From NCBI GenBank assembly GCA_964016885.1, contig OZ024745.1, positions 21,018,001-21,082,000 of the forward strand: a DNA stretch of 64,000 nucleotides, read 5' to 3'. The notes under the pieces are model-generated. The model did not search any database. It was not told the DNA's origin and saw only the letters and a list, made by a program, of their open reading frames with translations. Shown one piece after another: positions 40,638 to 54,682 of the stretch. Position 1 is the stretch's first letter. Every line of letters starts with the position of its first letter. A program made the position numbers and the translations under genes. The DNA comes from Eledone cirrhosa (taxonomy: Eukaryota).

Positions 40638-41900
40638 AGCGGGGAATAGGCAGTATCGGTAGAGCGTCGGACATGCTTTCCAGCATAGTTAGGTCCCTTT
40701 ACGATTTGAGTTCAACCCGCCTAGGTTAACTTTGCCTTTCACGCATACGTGGTCGATAAAATAAAGTACGAGTAATGTGCTGGGTAATTGCTGGCCTTGT
40801 GCCAAAAGTAGAAACAATTATTAAAAATGCTTGAATTGGCAGTATCGGTAGAGCGTCGGACAGCATGCTTTACGGCATTGAGTTGCGTCCCTTTATGTGC
40901 TGACTTCATATACCCCAAGGTTGATTTTGTATTTCATTCCTATGGGGTCGATAAAATAAAGTACCAGTAATATACTGGGATAATTTCTGGCCTTGTGCCA
41001 AAAGTAGAAACAATTATTATAAATGCTTTACGATATTTTTTCTGGTTCTTTCTGGTTTGAGTTCGAGGTTAACTTTGAAGGGCGCTGGGTTGGCAGCATC
41101 GGTAGAGCGATGGACAACATAATTTGTGGTATATACCTTTACTGATTTCAAATCCCAACGAGGTTAGCTTTGCCTTCCATCCTTACGGGGTTGACAAAAT
41201 AAAACACCAGCCAAGTAGTGGGGTTGATATAATCGGCTCTCCTTCCCTCTAACTGCTGGCCTTGTGTCTACGTTAGAAATAAATAATTGTTTCTACTTTT
41301 GGCACAACGCCAGCACATTACTGGTACTTTATTTTATCGACCCCGTAAGGATGAAAGGCAAAGTTAATCTCGGCAGGATTTGAACTCATACCGTAAAGGG
41401 ATGTAACTCTATGTGTCAAAGCATGGCGTTCGGTCCTCTACCGATACTGCCAATCCACCGCCATAGAAATAAATAATTGGCACAAGGCCAGCAATTACCC
41501 AGTGCATTACTGGTACTTTATTTTATCGACCCCGTAAAGATGAAAGGCAAAGTTAACCTCGGGGGGATTTGAACTCAGAATGGAAAGGGCCGTAACTCTA
41601 TGCGTCAAAGCATGGTGTGCGACCCTCTACCGATTCTGCCAATCGACCGAAATAATGTTATTATTATTGTCTTCTCAAGGGCGGTGGATTGGCAGTATCG
41701 GTAGAGGGTCGGACATGCTTTCCAGCATAGTTACGTCCCCTTATGATCTGAGCTCAAATCCTGCCGAGGTTAACTTTGCCTTTCATCCTTACGGGGCCGA
41801 TAAAATAAAGTACCAGTCACGCACTGGGGTCAATTTAATCGACTTTCCCTTCCCCCCAAATTACTGGCCTTGTGCCTATATAAGAAACCATTATTATTGT
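40638..41900. mobile_element. Cluster of six Meta-domain-like SINEs (+ 40638-40822, + 40835-41020, + 41079-41280, - 41283-41462, - 41477-41645, + 41678-41900)
   Basis: Each copy carries the ggcagtatcggtagag head and a gcctttcatcc-tacggggtcgataaaataaagtaccag-like core. Confidence 0.88.
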
Positions 41901-41940
41901 CTTCTCAAATTCTAGTTCTTATTAACTAGTCTTACAGTAA

Positions 41941-41971
<31 letters not shown>

Positions 41972-41984
41972 GATGGTAGTAGTG

Positions 41985-42727
41985 GTGGTGGTGGTGTGTT
42001 GTGGAGGTGGTGGTGGTGTGTTGTGGAGGTGGTGGTGGTGTGTTGTGGAGGTGGTGGTGGTGGTGGTGGTGTGTTGTGGAGGTGGTGGTGGTGGTGGTGG
42101 TGGTGGTGGTGGTGGTGGTGGTGGTGTGTTGTGGGGGTCGTGGTGGTGGTGGTGGTGGTGGTGGTGGTGGTGGTGGTGGTGGTGGTGGTGGTGGTGGTGG
42201 TGGTGTGTTGTGGGGGTCGTGGTGGTGGTGGTGGTGGTGTGTTGTGGTGTGTTGTGGAGGTGGTGGTGGTGGTGTGTTGTGGAGGTGGTGGTGGTGGTGG
42301 TGGTGTGTTGTGGTGGTGGTGGTGGTGGTGGTGGTGGTGGTGGTGGTGTGTTGTGGGGGTCGTGGTGGTGGTGGTGGTGTGTTGTAGTGTGTTGTGGAGG
42401 TGGTGGTGGTGGTGTATTGTGGAGGTGGTGGTGGTGGTGGTGGTGTGTTGTGGAGGTGGTGGTGGTGGTGGTGGTGTGTTGTGGAGGTGGTGGTGGTGGT
42501 GGTGTGTTGTGGTGGTGGTGGTGGTGGTGGTGTGTTGTGGTGTGTTGTGGTGGTGGTGGTGGTGGTGGTGGTGGTGGTGGTGGTGGTTGTGGTGGTGGTG
42601 TGTTGTGGGGGTCGTGGTGGTGGTGGTGGTGGTGGTGGTGTGTTGTGGTGGTGGTGGTGGTGTGTTGTGGAGGTGGTGGTGGTGGTGGTGTGTTGTGGTG
42701 GTGGTGGTGGTGGTGGTGTGTTGTGGT
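41985..42727. repeat. (GGT)n array punctuated by gtgttgtggag / gtgttgtgggggtcgt spacers
   Basis: Direct inspection. The poly-H/P/T ORFs are artefacts. Confidence 0.92.
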
Positions 42728-42819
42728 GTATGTAGCATATTTAACAATTTTTGTGATTTTTGTATTGTCGTTGTTAGTGCTGTAATACCTACTGCAGAGT
42801 GTTCTATTGATCACGTGGA

Positions 42820-43214
42820 TAAGGACGAAGATGATGATGATGATAAGAATGATGATAAGAATGATGGTGACGACAATGATGGTGATGGTGATGATGATGA
42901 TGATGATGATGATAAGAATGATGATAAGAATGATGATGACGACGATGATGGTGATGGTGATGGTGATGATGATGATAAGAATGATGATGACGACAATGAT
43001 GGTGATGGTGAAGATGATGATGATGATAATGATGATGATGATGATGATGATAAGAATGATGATGATATAAATGATGATGATGATGATGTTGATATAAATG
43101 ATGATGATGATGATGAGGAGGAGGAGGAGGATTAAGGTGATGATGATAATATAAAGGATGACGATGATGATGATGATGATGATATAAATGATGATAAGAA
43201 TGATGATGAAGACA

Positions 43215-43254
<40 letters not shown>

Positions 43255-43282
43255 CGAAGACTACGCCGATGATGATGATGAC
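42820..43282. repeat. (GAT)n low-complexity tract
   Basis: Direct inspection. Confidence 0.92.
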
Positions 43283-43559
43283 ATCTACAATACTGCTGTC
43301 ATTGATATTTTTACTGGTTCTGTGTTCAGTTTGTCTTTCCTATCATTCTTTCCTTTTTTTCTTCATTTCTTTTTCCATTTTTACTATATTTTCTTTCTTT
43401 TATCTTTGTATAGCGAAATAATCAATAAATCGATAATTTCATTTCATTTTATTTTTAGGTTTGTACATCTTTGTAGATTACTTTTGATACGACTCTCACC
43501 ACCTTTCTAATTCTTTCACTCCCCTCCCTCTATCGAACGCCTTTATTCTCATAATGTCT

Positions 43560-43618
<59 letters not shown>

Positions 43619-43682
43619 GACAAGTGCTCACATAGTCTCTCTTTTTTTCACTCTCTATATATCTATCTATCTCTATACAGAT

Positions 43683-44443
<761 letters not shown>

Positions 44444-45159
44444 CATTCCCTATAACTAAATATGTCTCCCACTGCCGATCTCTACTTCCTTCACTACTCT
44501 CTTTATCACTCCCTCTTTCCCCCCCCCCCCCTTCTCTCTCTCTCACTCCCTTTCCCTCCCTAAGGACCAGCCAGTATCGATATGGAAGGACGATGGAAGT
44601 AAGCCACATAGAAGATCAATGAGCAGGATCGATATTGATGATTAGATTGTTAAAATTTTCGCTGCTCTTTAACATTGAATATGTAATCTAGTGTAGTTCT
44701 GTGTATGTTGGAGTACTTTAGCATCAGAATATCTCCCTGTGTGTTTGTGTGTGTGTGTGTGTGTATACCCCCCCCCCCCCACCACCACCACCACACACAC
44801 ACATCGAAACGTCTATTTGTATATCTATGAATATATATAAATATATATTGTATATATATATAAATATTATGTATACACACACACACACATATATATATAT
44901 ATATTATGTATTTTATATACATATATATATATATTATGTATTTTATATATATATATATAAATATTATGTATACACACACACATATATATATATATATTAT
45001 GTATTTTATTTACATATATATTATTTATTATATTAATATATATATATATATATATATAAATATATAGATAGATAGATAGATATTATATACAAGATATATA
45101 CAGAGTGAGAGTGGAAAAGAGGGGAGAGAAATAGATAATTATATAAACAAAGATTGTAT

Positions 45160-45640
45160 GAGGTATCTAATATTTCTATGGGTAACATAGAGAGTACACA
45201 TCTAGCAACACGGACAAAAATCTATAAACAACACCCAAAGTAACCAACACAAATGAAATTTCAGAGACATCACAGAGTGCCCATTTGAAAGAAAATGCTT
45301 GTCAAAAGTTATAGTATACCAAACAGGAGCAGAAAGAGCAGAGCGTGCAATAAAAGCGTATATGAGGTTATCCGAATATACTTTTAGATCTAGATACACG
45401 TACCGCGCCAGTTTGTTTAGGCCCAGATATAAGTGTAACGTCACGTCTGTCTCGAAACACATTTGGTTTCTGTGGTACATAGAAAAATAAAAGGAAAGTC
45501 TACTATAAAACGGGGTATATATAAAGGTGTATATAATAGGTATATATAAAAAGGCAATGCCGTCTCTCTAACCTTTATCTGGACAATTTTAAAGAAAGCA
45601 ACGCAAACCTCGTCATGTCTCCATACAAATTTTCAAATAT
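45160..45640 (+). pseudogene. Decayed Penelope-like GIY-YIG endonuclease region (Naiad/Chlamys-like type)
   Basis: The frame from 45251 reads K*NFRDITECPFERKCLSKVIVYQ...KAYMRLSEYTFRSRYTYRASLFR...NVTSVSKHIWFL. This matches the pattern CNCR....CPL..KCL...IVY.A......YIG.TE..FK.RY..H..SF.....N.T.LSKHIW.L. Later KRQCRL and SSCLH remnants follow. Confidence 0.7.
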
Positions 45641-46090
45641 TACAAGCTTTCAAACATTCCTATTCTTGTGGATTTCAAACTGCAGCCGGTTCATAGGATA
45701 ACAAGAGGTTTGACACGTACAAGTAAGTTGAAATTTAAGTTATATGTTGACTCATATACCAACTTTTATTGTCGTTTTAAATCAGACCTGCACCGTAGTT
45801 ACTAGAGGAAGACCACGCCTGGTGATGTAAATGTAACAAATATTTCCGGTAACAGAGAAATAATTATGTGCATTGCTGATATTTAATGGTTCACTCTCCT
45901 ATATAATAATTATATCTCAAAGACCAAAGGAATATATTTCGTGCAAAGCCGTTCAAAGCACTCAATGAATCTACGATACAGTTTGCATACTCACGAACCA
46001 ATTACCCCCCCCCCACACACACACACACGCATACACTTATAACTATCTATCTATCACTCTCTCTCTCACTCACTCTCTCTCTCTCTCTCA

Positions 46091-46123
<33 letters not shown>

Positions 46124-46194
46124 CAGATGCATATACACACACCATTCATATACATACACACACATCTCTCTCTCTATATATATCTCTCTATATA

Positions 46195-46290
<96 letters not shown>

Positions 46291-46852
46291 CGACAGTGAT
46301 CCCAAGCAAGCAAATATGTTTTAGTAGTATGAAATATGCTTTCGTTAAGGACATTGGGTGCCCAAGCAGTCGCCAAGAGCCGCCGACACATACACACTCT
46401 CTATATATATTTTATCCAGAGGAGCATCCAAGATGTGATAGCTGGAAGGAGGGAGAGCTTTTCTTTAAGGTCCTTAAATGATGAGAGGCAACGTGAAGCT
46501 GGATGTGATTTGAACTGAGAAGTCAGAGACCTGGATCAAATATTCCACGCTCTAACGATTCAGCCAAATTGATGAGTTATTTAAATAATTGAATGTTATA
46601 TAGTTGGATATAATTATCCTAATATACTAACATACTGTTTCAAAGATATCTCTATAGAAATTGATTTGGGGAAAATATAATATATTCCGACTGCGTAATC
46701 AAGACAGACTTTGCCAAGTACAATAGATATTGTAAAAGTACGGGATGGAAGTATATAAAACAACAAAACGTATAGAAAATGTATAGAGGGGAACTGCACC
46801 AGTATATATATACGCGCACACATATATATATATATCTATGTATATATATGTT

Positions 46853-46895
<43 letters not shown>

Positions 46896-46927
46896 ATATA
46901 TATGTGTGTATATATATATATATATAT

Positions 46928-47004
46928 CCTACTCTCAAGCGTGAAACTAATAATAACATTTGTACTGCCTCTTCGTTTTTCTGTTTTTTGTTCTGTTTAC
47001 TTTA

Positions 47005-47005
<1 letters not shown>
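46928..47005 (+). mobile_element. PLE 3' terminal remnant inside (TA)n
   Basis: ctctcaagcgtgaaactaataataacatttgtactgcctc resembles the minus-strand ends at 37880-37950 and 56342-56410. Confidence 0.6.
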
Positions 47006-47035
<30 letters not shown>

Positions 47036-47548
47036 TTAATATGGCTGGAACAGGTAAAGGAGTAAAAGAGTATATGCGTGTGTATATATATATATATATA
47101 CACCCCTATGATGCAACAACAAAAGTTATTATGAAGTTTGTGAAAATGAATGTTAACAGACAGTTTAATAAAAGTTGCCATGAAAAGGAGAATAGTTCGT
47201 ACGAAATAGATGTGAAAATAAGGGCAAAATAAAACAAAAATACAGAAACTAACTAATATACAGAAATATAATGCAGGCGCCCAGATCTTAAGAACTAAAG
47301 ACCCTATTGGAATAAATAGCTGGAATTAGACCTTTCATGCAATTGTTGCAGTTATTGGCGGATAGATAGGGTGTCAGGTAAAGAAAATACAATGGGTATT
47401 ACGTAAACCCGCTAAACCAGCATGTAAGAAGACAATAAGAATACGTAACAAAAGGGGACCTTTTCTTTATATATACAGTATTGTATATTTGTATGTGGGT
47501 ATGTAGGAGTGAAGGAATATAAAAAAGTCGAAATACATACAAAATCTT

Positions 47549-47581
<33 letters not shown>

Positions 47582-47653
47582 CTATCTCTCCCTCTTTCTT
47601 TATATCTCTCTCTCCTTTTCACTCTCTCTCTTTCTTTCGCTCTCTTTCTATTG

Positions 47654-47691
<38 letters not shown>

Positions 47692-47755
47692 TCTCTCTCT
47701 ATCTATCTATCTATCTCTCTTTTTCACTCTCTCTCTTTCTTTCGCTCTCTTTCTT

Positions 47756-47799
<44 letters not shown>

Positions 47800-47935
47800 C
47801 CTCTTTCGTTATCTCTCTCTCTCCGTTTTTATCTAATTTTCAATCTTTATTTATTTTTTACCCTTATCTATCTATCTTTACATCGCTCTACCTCTTTTTC
47901 TCTCTTTTCCGTTCCCCCCTCTCTCTCTTTCTTTC

Positions 47936-47967
<32 letters not shown>

Positions 47968-48109
47968 GTTATGTAATAAACAACATAAGACAATTATTCC
48001 ATTTACCAAAGGTTTCACGGCACAGACGTCTCAAATCGTTCATCTGAATCTGTAGCCTACATAGAGCACTCTCCTTTCCGTTACCTTTCCTACGGAAATA
48101 CTTTATATT

Positions 48110-48203
<94 letters not shown>

Positions 48204-48208
<5 letters not shown>

Positions 48209-48374
48209 GTAAGTATGCATGTATGTATACGTACATACATATATGTATACAGACGTACAGTAGTATGTATATATACATACATGCACACATATATATGCAC
48301 GTATCGGTTTACCGAACATTTATTATAATGCGCTCGGTTTGTTTGTTTGTAAACAAACCGAATTACACCGTACA

Positions 48375-48375
<1 letters not shown>
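48204..48375 (-). mobile_element. Diverged partial copy of the 474-bp HHR repeat unit
   Basis: taaatgtaagtatgcatgta...cagacgtacagtag...tgcacgtatc...ttattataa...tttgtaaacaaac aligns to 59919-60098. Flanked by (TA)n on both sides. Confidence 0.75.
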
Positions 48376-48433
<58 letters not shown>

Positions 48434-48705
48434 TTCATCTCTCTCTATATATACATATATATACATCTATATATATGTATATATATACATTTCTCTCTCA
48501 TATAGTGTGTGTGTGGGGGTGAGCAGTAGGACTAATATGGTGTGATTCATAATAGGGTTGCATATGAAAGCATATTTGATATGTATAATAAACATACGAG
48601 AGTCTCACCATGAATGATGTAAACTCACCCAGTCAAGTTCCTGGTGTTTCATACACAAAAGCCATATAGGGTTTAGCCTATCATTTTCTCAGTACCGAGT
48701 GCCTA

Positions 48706-48752
48706 AATGTCACTGATGACGGATAAGAATCCAGAAGTATTTGTCTGGCATT
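48706..48752 (+). ncRNA. Type I hammerhead ribozyme with A15.1-to-G core change (probably impaired)
   Basis: AATGTCA | CTGATGA | C GGAT AAGA ATCC A | GAAG | TATTT GTC | TGGCATT. 7-bp stem I, 4-bp stem II, GUC triplet. Confidence 0.6.
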
Positions 48753-48874
48753 CTAAGACGCTGCTGAGTAGCTGTGATATTGTCAGAGCTTAAGAATTTC
48801 ATGGCGAGATTTTCGTATGTTTATTATACATAAACATATATAATGTCATATACAACCCCATTATATATATAATA

Positions 48875-49066
48875 GGGTGGTGGATTGGCAGTATCGGTAG
48901 AGGGTCGGGTGCCATGCTTTGAAGCATAGAGTTACCTCCCTTTATGATCTGAGTTCAAATCCCGCCGAGGTTAACTTTGCCTTTCAACCTTACGGGGTCG
49001 ATAAAATAAAGTACCAGTAATGCACTGGGTAATTTGCTGGCCTGGTGCCAAAAGTAGAAACAATTA
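48875..49066 (+). mobile_element. Meta-domain-like SINE
   Basis: Full head, B-box, core and tail. Confidence 0.88.
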
Positions 49067-49216
49067 TATATATAACAGAAGTCCGACGAGATTTTGATTC
49101 CAGAGTCAGACCAGATCGATACAGATCAAGCCTTGAGTTGATCAATCGTAAAACGCGCGTCACACCTCAGTAAACGTAATGAAGATCTAACTCTTCGTTC
49201 TTTTTATTATTATATA

Positions 49217-49402
49217 TAGATTGGCAGTATCGGTAGAGGGTCGGACGCCATGCTTTGAAGCATAGAGTTACCTCCCTGTATGATCTGAGTTCAAATCCCG
49301 CCGAGGTTAACTTTGCCTTTCATCCTTACGGGGTCGATAAAATAAAGTACTTGTAATGCACTGGGTAATTGCTTGCCTTGTGCCAAAAGTAGAAACAATT
49401 AT
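49217..49402 (+). mobile_element. Meta-domain-like SINE
   Basis: Highly similar to 48875-49066. Confidence 0.88.
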
Positions 49403-49725
49403 TATATATATATTTATATATAAATTATAAAAGTGTCCTATGTGGAACATTATGAAAGAATATGGCGAGGAGTGCACAATAAAAGAAACTAAATTGAAGT
49501 TACAAGAGCAGCCATTTAAAAACTACAGCCAGTAGTTGAGAGTAACTTCAATAAAATACATGATAAATGAATTACTGGCTAAACTCTTCAACACGCGTCT
49601 TTGAAAATCAGGAGAGAACATCAAATTTTTTTTACATGACACGAAAATAACGTCTAATAGGTGAAGACACAACTGGGAGATTTTACAGATTTTGTTATCA
49701 GCTGTCTGTCTGTGTGTCTGGCTGA

Positions 49726-49831
<106 letters not shown>

Positions 49832-49974
49832 GTCTGTATCTCTGTCTGTATTTCTCTCGCTTTCTCTTTCTGTCTCTCTCTCGTAGGCGTATACATATAC
49901 ATATATAGTATATATGCGTATATATATACGTATATACATGCGTATATATATGAGTATACATACACATATATGTA

Positions 49975-50205
49975 GAGAATGCGTCTTTGACTAAAGCCTC
50001 GCGTCAAACGGGTCTGACTGACCTCTTCCTCTTCGCACTGGTCTCCGTCGAGACCTCTGGTGTCCTTGGTCCCCGCACTGCTGATTTCCTCCATAAAATC
50101 GGAAAGACAGCAGCCCGCTTGAGGGAGGAGCCCTGTGAGGTGGGGTGGCTGTTGCAGTGGGCATCTTTGGCCATTCTCCGTGGTAGTGCCTTTGTCATTT
50201 TTTCG
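49975..50205 (+). pseudogene. CRE-clade non-LTR retrotransposon C-terminal (restriction-like endonuclease) fragment
   Basis: FLFALVSVETSGVLGPRTADFLHKIG...EPCEVGWLLQWASLAILRGSA matches the CRE pattern F.P..VET.G..GP....FL..IG...L.QR.S.AI.RGNA. Confidence 0.8.
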
Positions 50206-50349
50206 CGGGGTGCAGCTGTGGCAGAGCTCAGACTGGCGTATAGCGTCTGTTCCTCCCTCTCTCCTATCCTTTCTTTGCTTGGTCAGTGCCTTGCGAATGA
50301 GTTAGAATTTCAGCAAGATTGAAGTCGATGGATTAAGTACCCTGAGTCT

Positions 50350-50625
50350 GTGAGTGGTTAGCGTGATGTGTTCACGATCGTAAGGTTACGAGTTTGATTC
50401 TTGGTTCGGGCGATACGTTGTGTTCTTGAGCAAGACATCTTTCTTCATGAGGCTACTCTCCGTTCAGCTGATAAAAATGAGTTGTACTTATATTTGAAGG
50501 TGCTAGGCTTGTCACACAGAATCTCCCTGAGAAACACGTTAAAAGTACACGTTAAATTCATGAGCAGACAGTTCCGTTGATTGAATCAACTGGATCACTC
50601 GTCGTCGGAAATGACGGAAGCCCAA
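50350..50625 (+). mobile_element. CORE-type SINE (OR2-like), diverged
   Basis: gagtggttagcg...gagtttgattc...tgtgttcttgagcaagaca...aatctccctgagaa. Confidence 0.75.
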
Positions 50626-50706
50626 CAACAACTTTAGAACAGTAAATACTGAGGTCTAAATAATCGACTTACCACTTCAAGTTCAATAACTGTAAATAGT
50701 TAAAGT

Positions 50707-50985
50707 GGAGGCACGTGGCCTACTGGTAAGGGTGTTGACCTTATGATCATATCATAATGTTATGTGTTCGATTCCTGCACTGGGTGGGTGTTGTTTCTTG
50801 AGCTTCATTTCATGGTACTCCAGCATACTCAGCTGCAAATGAATACCTGCAATAGCTGGAGGCTTAACCCTGCGATGGACTGTCGTCCTGTCCAGTATAA
50901 AAATCTTGTATTCGCACTCACTTCACACCACGGAAACCGGGATAAGCATCGGTCTAATGAGCCTCCGAGACAGACTTTAGACTAG
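50707..50985 (+). mobile_element. tRNA-derived SINE (OR1/V-SINE-like)
   Basis: ggaggcacgtggcctactggtaagg head, B-box gttcgattcc, cctgcgatggac...ggaaaccgggataagc. Confidence 0.75.
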
Positions 50986-51019
50986 AGAATTAGTAAAAGA
51001 ATATAAACAACAAAAGAAG

Positions 51020-51530
51020 TTTGTGCCATCGATATTCCAGCAGTGTATTGGAACAGAAGTTTGCCATGAACGGATTTGCCAGACCAATTTGTGCTCACAG
51101 CCATGACATCGTGAATACTTTACATGTCACTTCAATTATCTTTGACTTGAATATGTTGATGCAAATTCTTTTCGATTTATCAGTGATAATAGTTGTTTTA
51201 ATTACCCCTGATTCGAAGAGATATGTGTCTAGCAGAGACGGTTGCTTTCCTCGGCACTTGTCACAAACCTCTATGTATAGATCACAGCTTCCAAGTTGTT
51301 GCTGTCAGCGAATAACACCTTTTTTCTTCCCTTACTTTCTTTTTAGTTTTAAAATCATGGTATGTCTCAGCTAGCAAATTCTGGTAATACGCTTATGTTG
51401 GCATGAGTTGTTGTACAATTTGGAACGAGCGGTGATTTTTCCAGTTCATAAGTATTTCGGATGTATATTTGTGACTTTGTCTAGTTCTGGGGATTTTTGA
51501 ATTTTTAGTTATTACTTCTGGCGTTGCTGG
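51020..51530 (-). pseudogene. Highly decayed non-LTR RT remnant (possibly R4/Dong-like)
   Basis: The minus strand shows KSPELDKVTN (KSPG.DK-like) and EEKRC (EEQKGC-like) remnants with many disruptions. Confidence 0.3.
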
Positions 51531-51557
51531 TGAAAAGATACGGTCAAAATCCTCATA

Positions 51558-51702
51558 TAATTGTTTCTACGTTTAGCACAAGGGCAGCAATTATCCCAGT
51601 GTATTACTGGTATTTTATTTTATCGACCCCGAAAGGATGAAAGGCAAAGTTAACCTCGGCGGGATTTGAACTCAGAATGGCAAGGGCCGTAACTCTATGC
51701 TT
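51558..51702 (-). mobile_element. Meta-domain-like SINE, 5'-truncated
   Basis: Reverse complement of the B-box plus core. aaatcctcatataat occurs on both sides (~51547 and ~51704) and may be a target-site duplication. Confidence 0.85.
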
Positions 51703-51802
51703 CAAATCCTCATATAATGAAAATTGTTTCGTTTTGTGTTCTGGTTTTCTAGGTGTGGTTTTTGTCTGCTATTAAAAAATAAAAACACTTTATGATAACA
51801 TG

Positions 51803-52005
51803 TTCTAGGATCGGCTGAAAAGTTCATAGGCTGACTATGAAGGATTGATGCTTTTGCTGTGAAATCTTGCGTGCATTAATTTTCACCACTTCTTATTAAT
51901 AAGTGCATTGTTTCTTTCCAGTGACTATGTTGAAAATTAAGCCTCATTTGCTCATTCCAAGAGAGTATCTTGGTCAGCCTATGAACTTTTCAGTCGTCCC
52001 TCGTA
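51803..52005. mobile_element. Tc1/mariner-type MITE (~200 bp)
   Basis: TIRs ggctgaaaagttcataggctgac (51813-51835) and gtcagcctatgaacttttcagtc. The right end ...ccctcgTA is the mariner TACGAGGG terminus. Confidence 0.8.
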
Positions 52006-53475
52006 CTTGGTATGCAATTATTATTATATTGTGTAGTGTGGGCGGTGGATTGGCAGTATCGGATCATAATGCTTATCAACCATATATATATTTTAGCTAT
52101 GCCTGGAGAAAGCAGTGTATGGTCGGCACAGATCCTCCGAAACCGTTGGGATTGGAGTTGTTAATACTTCGCTTAAACAATTGAAATTATCAACAGAAGC
52201 TACAAATAAACAATAGAACAGAACTATATGGAGCAGAGTGCCTTCTATGATTGCTGCATATATACGCAATCTACACACCCTGACCAATTAAGGAGAGTGC
52301 ATTATTTTTTTTTGTCTATTTTGCATTTGAAAAGAGGGTTCAAACCCTGAAATATTATGTTGAAATATACTGGGTAATAAACATTACTTTGTTTCATTTT
52401 ATTTGTCATCCTTTGCGTTTTATATATTTTCCGCATTGTAGCAGCTTTTGTTATACTGTAAGTACAATCATCAATTGTAATACTGTAATTACAGGAAAGA
52501 CATGTGCAGGGAATTCATTGAGGAGGGTCGGCATTCTTGTGATAACAAACTGTATAAGTGGCTAGGTCCAGGACTGGGATATGAGGAGTGATCGATACGA
52601 TTGCTGTTAAGTTTGATCGTCTTTATACTGATGTCTACAAGAAAAAAAAATCATAGTCAGGAGAAAGAATGCTGGTGTGGATTAGGCGAAGTAATATATG
52701 TAGGATCTGGCAAGTGAGAGACATAGTACAGATAACTTGAGAAGAATAGATGAGTGCATGTGAAATGTTTAAAAGGAATGAGTATGTAGTTTGCTAGTTG
52801 AATGGAGAAAAGGTCGCTGTATTAGCGATACAAGATGAATCAAGTCTGTGAAACAGTGGATGTGCTGTGATGGTTAATGAGTATTTTTCAATCGAATAAC
52901 TTTTCTTTGGGATTGAATCTAAGATGCATCTGTATGCAGCAGCAGCAACAACAACAACAGCAGCACTGTCTCAGATATACGAGAAGTAATTTGTATGTCT
53001 TCTTGCTTATTTTTCACTTTCAAATTTTTTTCTTTCAATCTAATTGCCATTCTCTGTTACTTTCCGGTTTTTTCCTAACTTTATTTCTCCGCCCACCAAG
53101 TATTCACTTTTTCTCTTTCTTTATATTTTACTTTCTTTCTTCCGTTTTCCTTCTTTCTCTTTCTTTTTTTCTGTTCGTCCCTCTCACTCCCGAGTGTCTC
53201 GTCAATCTGCGGAAATGAGTTGATTGAGTTTTCAAACGAACAAGTCTCCTTTAAGCAAATTAGTGGTGTTGCTGGATTGCTGATGTCCAAAATCTCACAT
53301 GGCCCCACCACTTTACGACTTCATCCATACACATACAGACACCCCCACACACACACACCTACACACACACACATATATGTATATATATATATACACACGG
53401 ACGCATCTATATATGCATGCATGTATGTATATTTGTTAGTATAGCATCTGTCTTAGCGTTAATTCACTTAAAGCC

Positions 53476-53542
<67 letters not shown>

Positions 53543-53789
53543 CACACAGTTGTATGCGTCACCAACAAATCAATTATCACTACCACCACCACCACCACCA
53601 CCAGTGCTGCTGCTCCTGGTGGTGGCGGTAGCGGTGGTGGTGGTGGGGGTGATAGGCAGACAAAATGGCGGTAGTGTTGATCTTTATTGGACAGATAAGT
53701 ATTGCTAGTATAGTTAAATGTTGTTATACTTTCTTAGTAGACATAAGGGGAAACTTGGGGTCTAATTGTTACTGTTGTAGATAATAATG

Positions 53790-54020
53790 ATAGTGATGAT
53801 GTTGATGTTACTGTTAATACTGAGTGAGGATGATGATGATAATGATGATGATGACGAAAATGAGGATGATGATGATGACGATGTGGATGAGGTTGATGAT
53901 GAAAACGATGATGATGACGATGATGAAAATGATGATGATGACGATGAAGATGATGATGATGACGATGATAACGAGGACAATGACAATGATGCTGCGGCTG
54001 TTGATGATGATGATGATGAT
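53790..54020. repeat. (GAT)n tract
   Basis: Direct inspection. The poly-D ORF is an artefact. Confidence 0.9.
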
Positions 54021-54287
54021 ATATATATATATATATATATTATGTTATATTAAGAATACATCGAAGCTGAAGCTGCAATAGGCCAGACACCAGTCGAAAT
54101 ATTTGAAGCAGTCTCAAAGCTTTCAATGGCGCAAAAAGTAAATAAGTTTCTCTATCAGGGTTAAAAGATTGTTATATAAGGGTAATACAATGAATATATC
54201 GACTAGGTGTAGTCATAGTATGGTATACAACCTCAACAACGACCAACAGTAACATATATATATATATATACTGTATATATATATATA

Positions 54288-54674
<387 letters not shown>

Positions 54675-54682
<8 letters not shown>

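Noticed and set aside
38265-43421. Poly-L/V/C/H/P/D ORFs resembling membrane or extensin-like proteins
   Set aside because: They are trinucleotide microsatellites open in multiple frames on both strands.
54066-54105. CTGAAGC...CGAAATATTT hammerhead-like motif
   Set aside because: Core mismatch and no convincing stems I or II.
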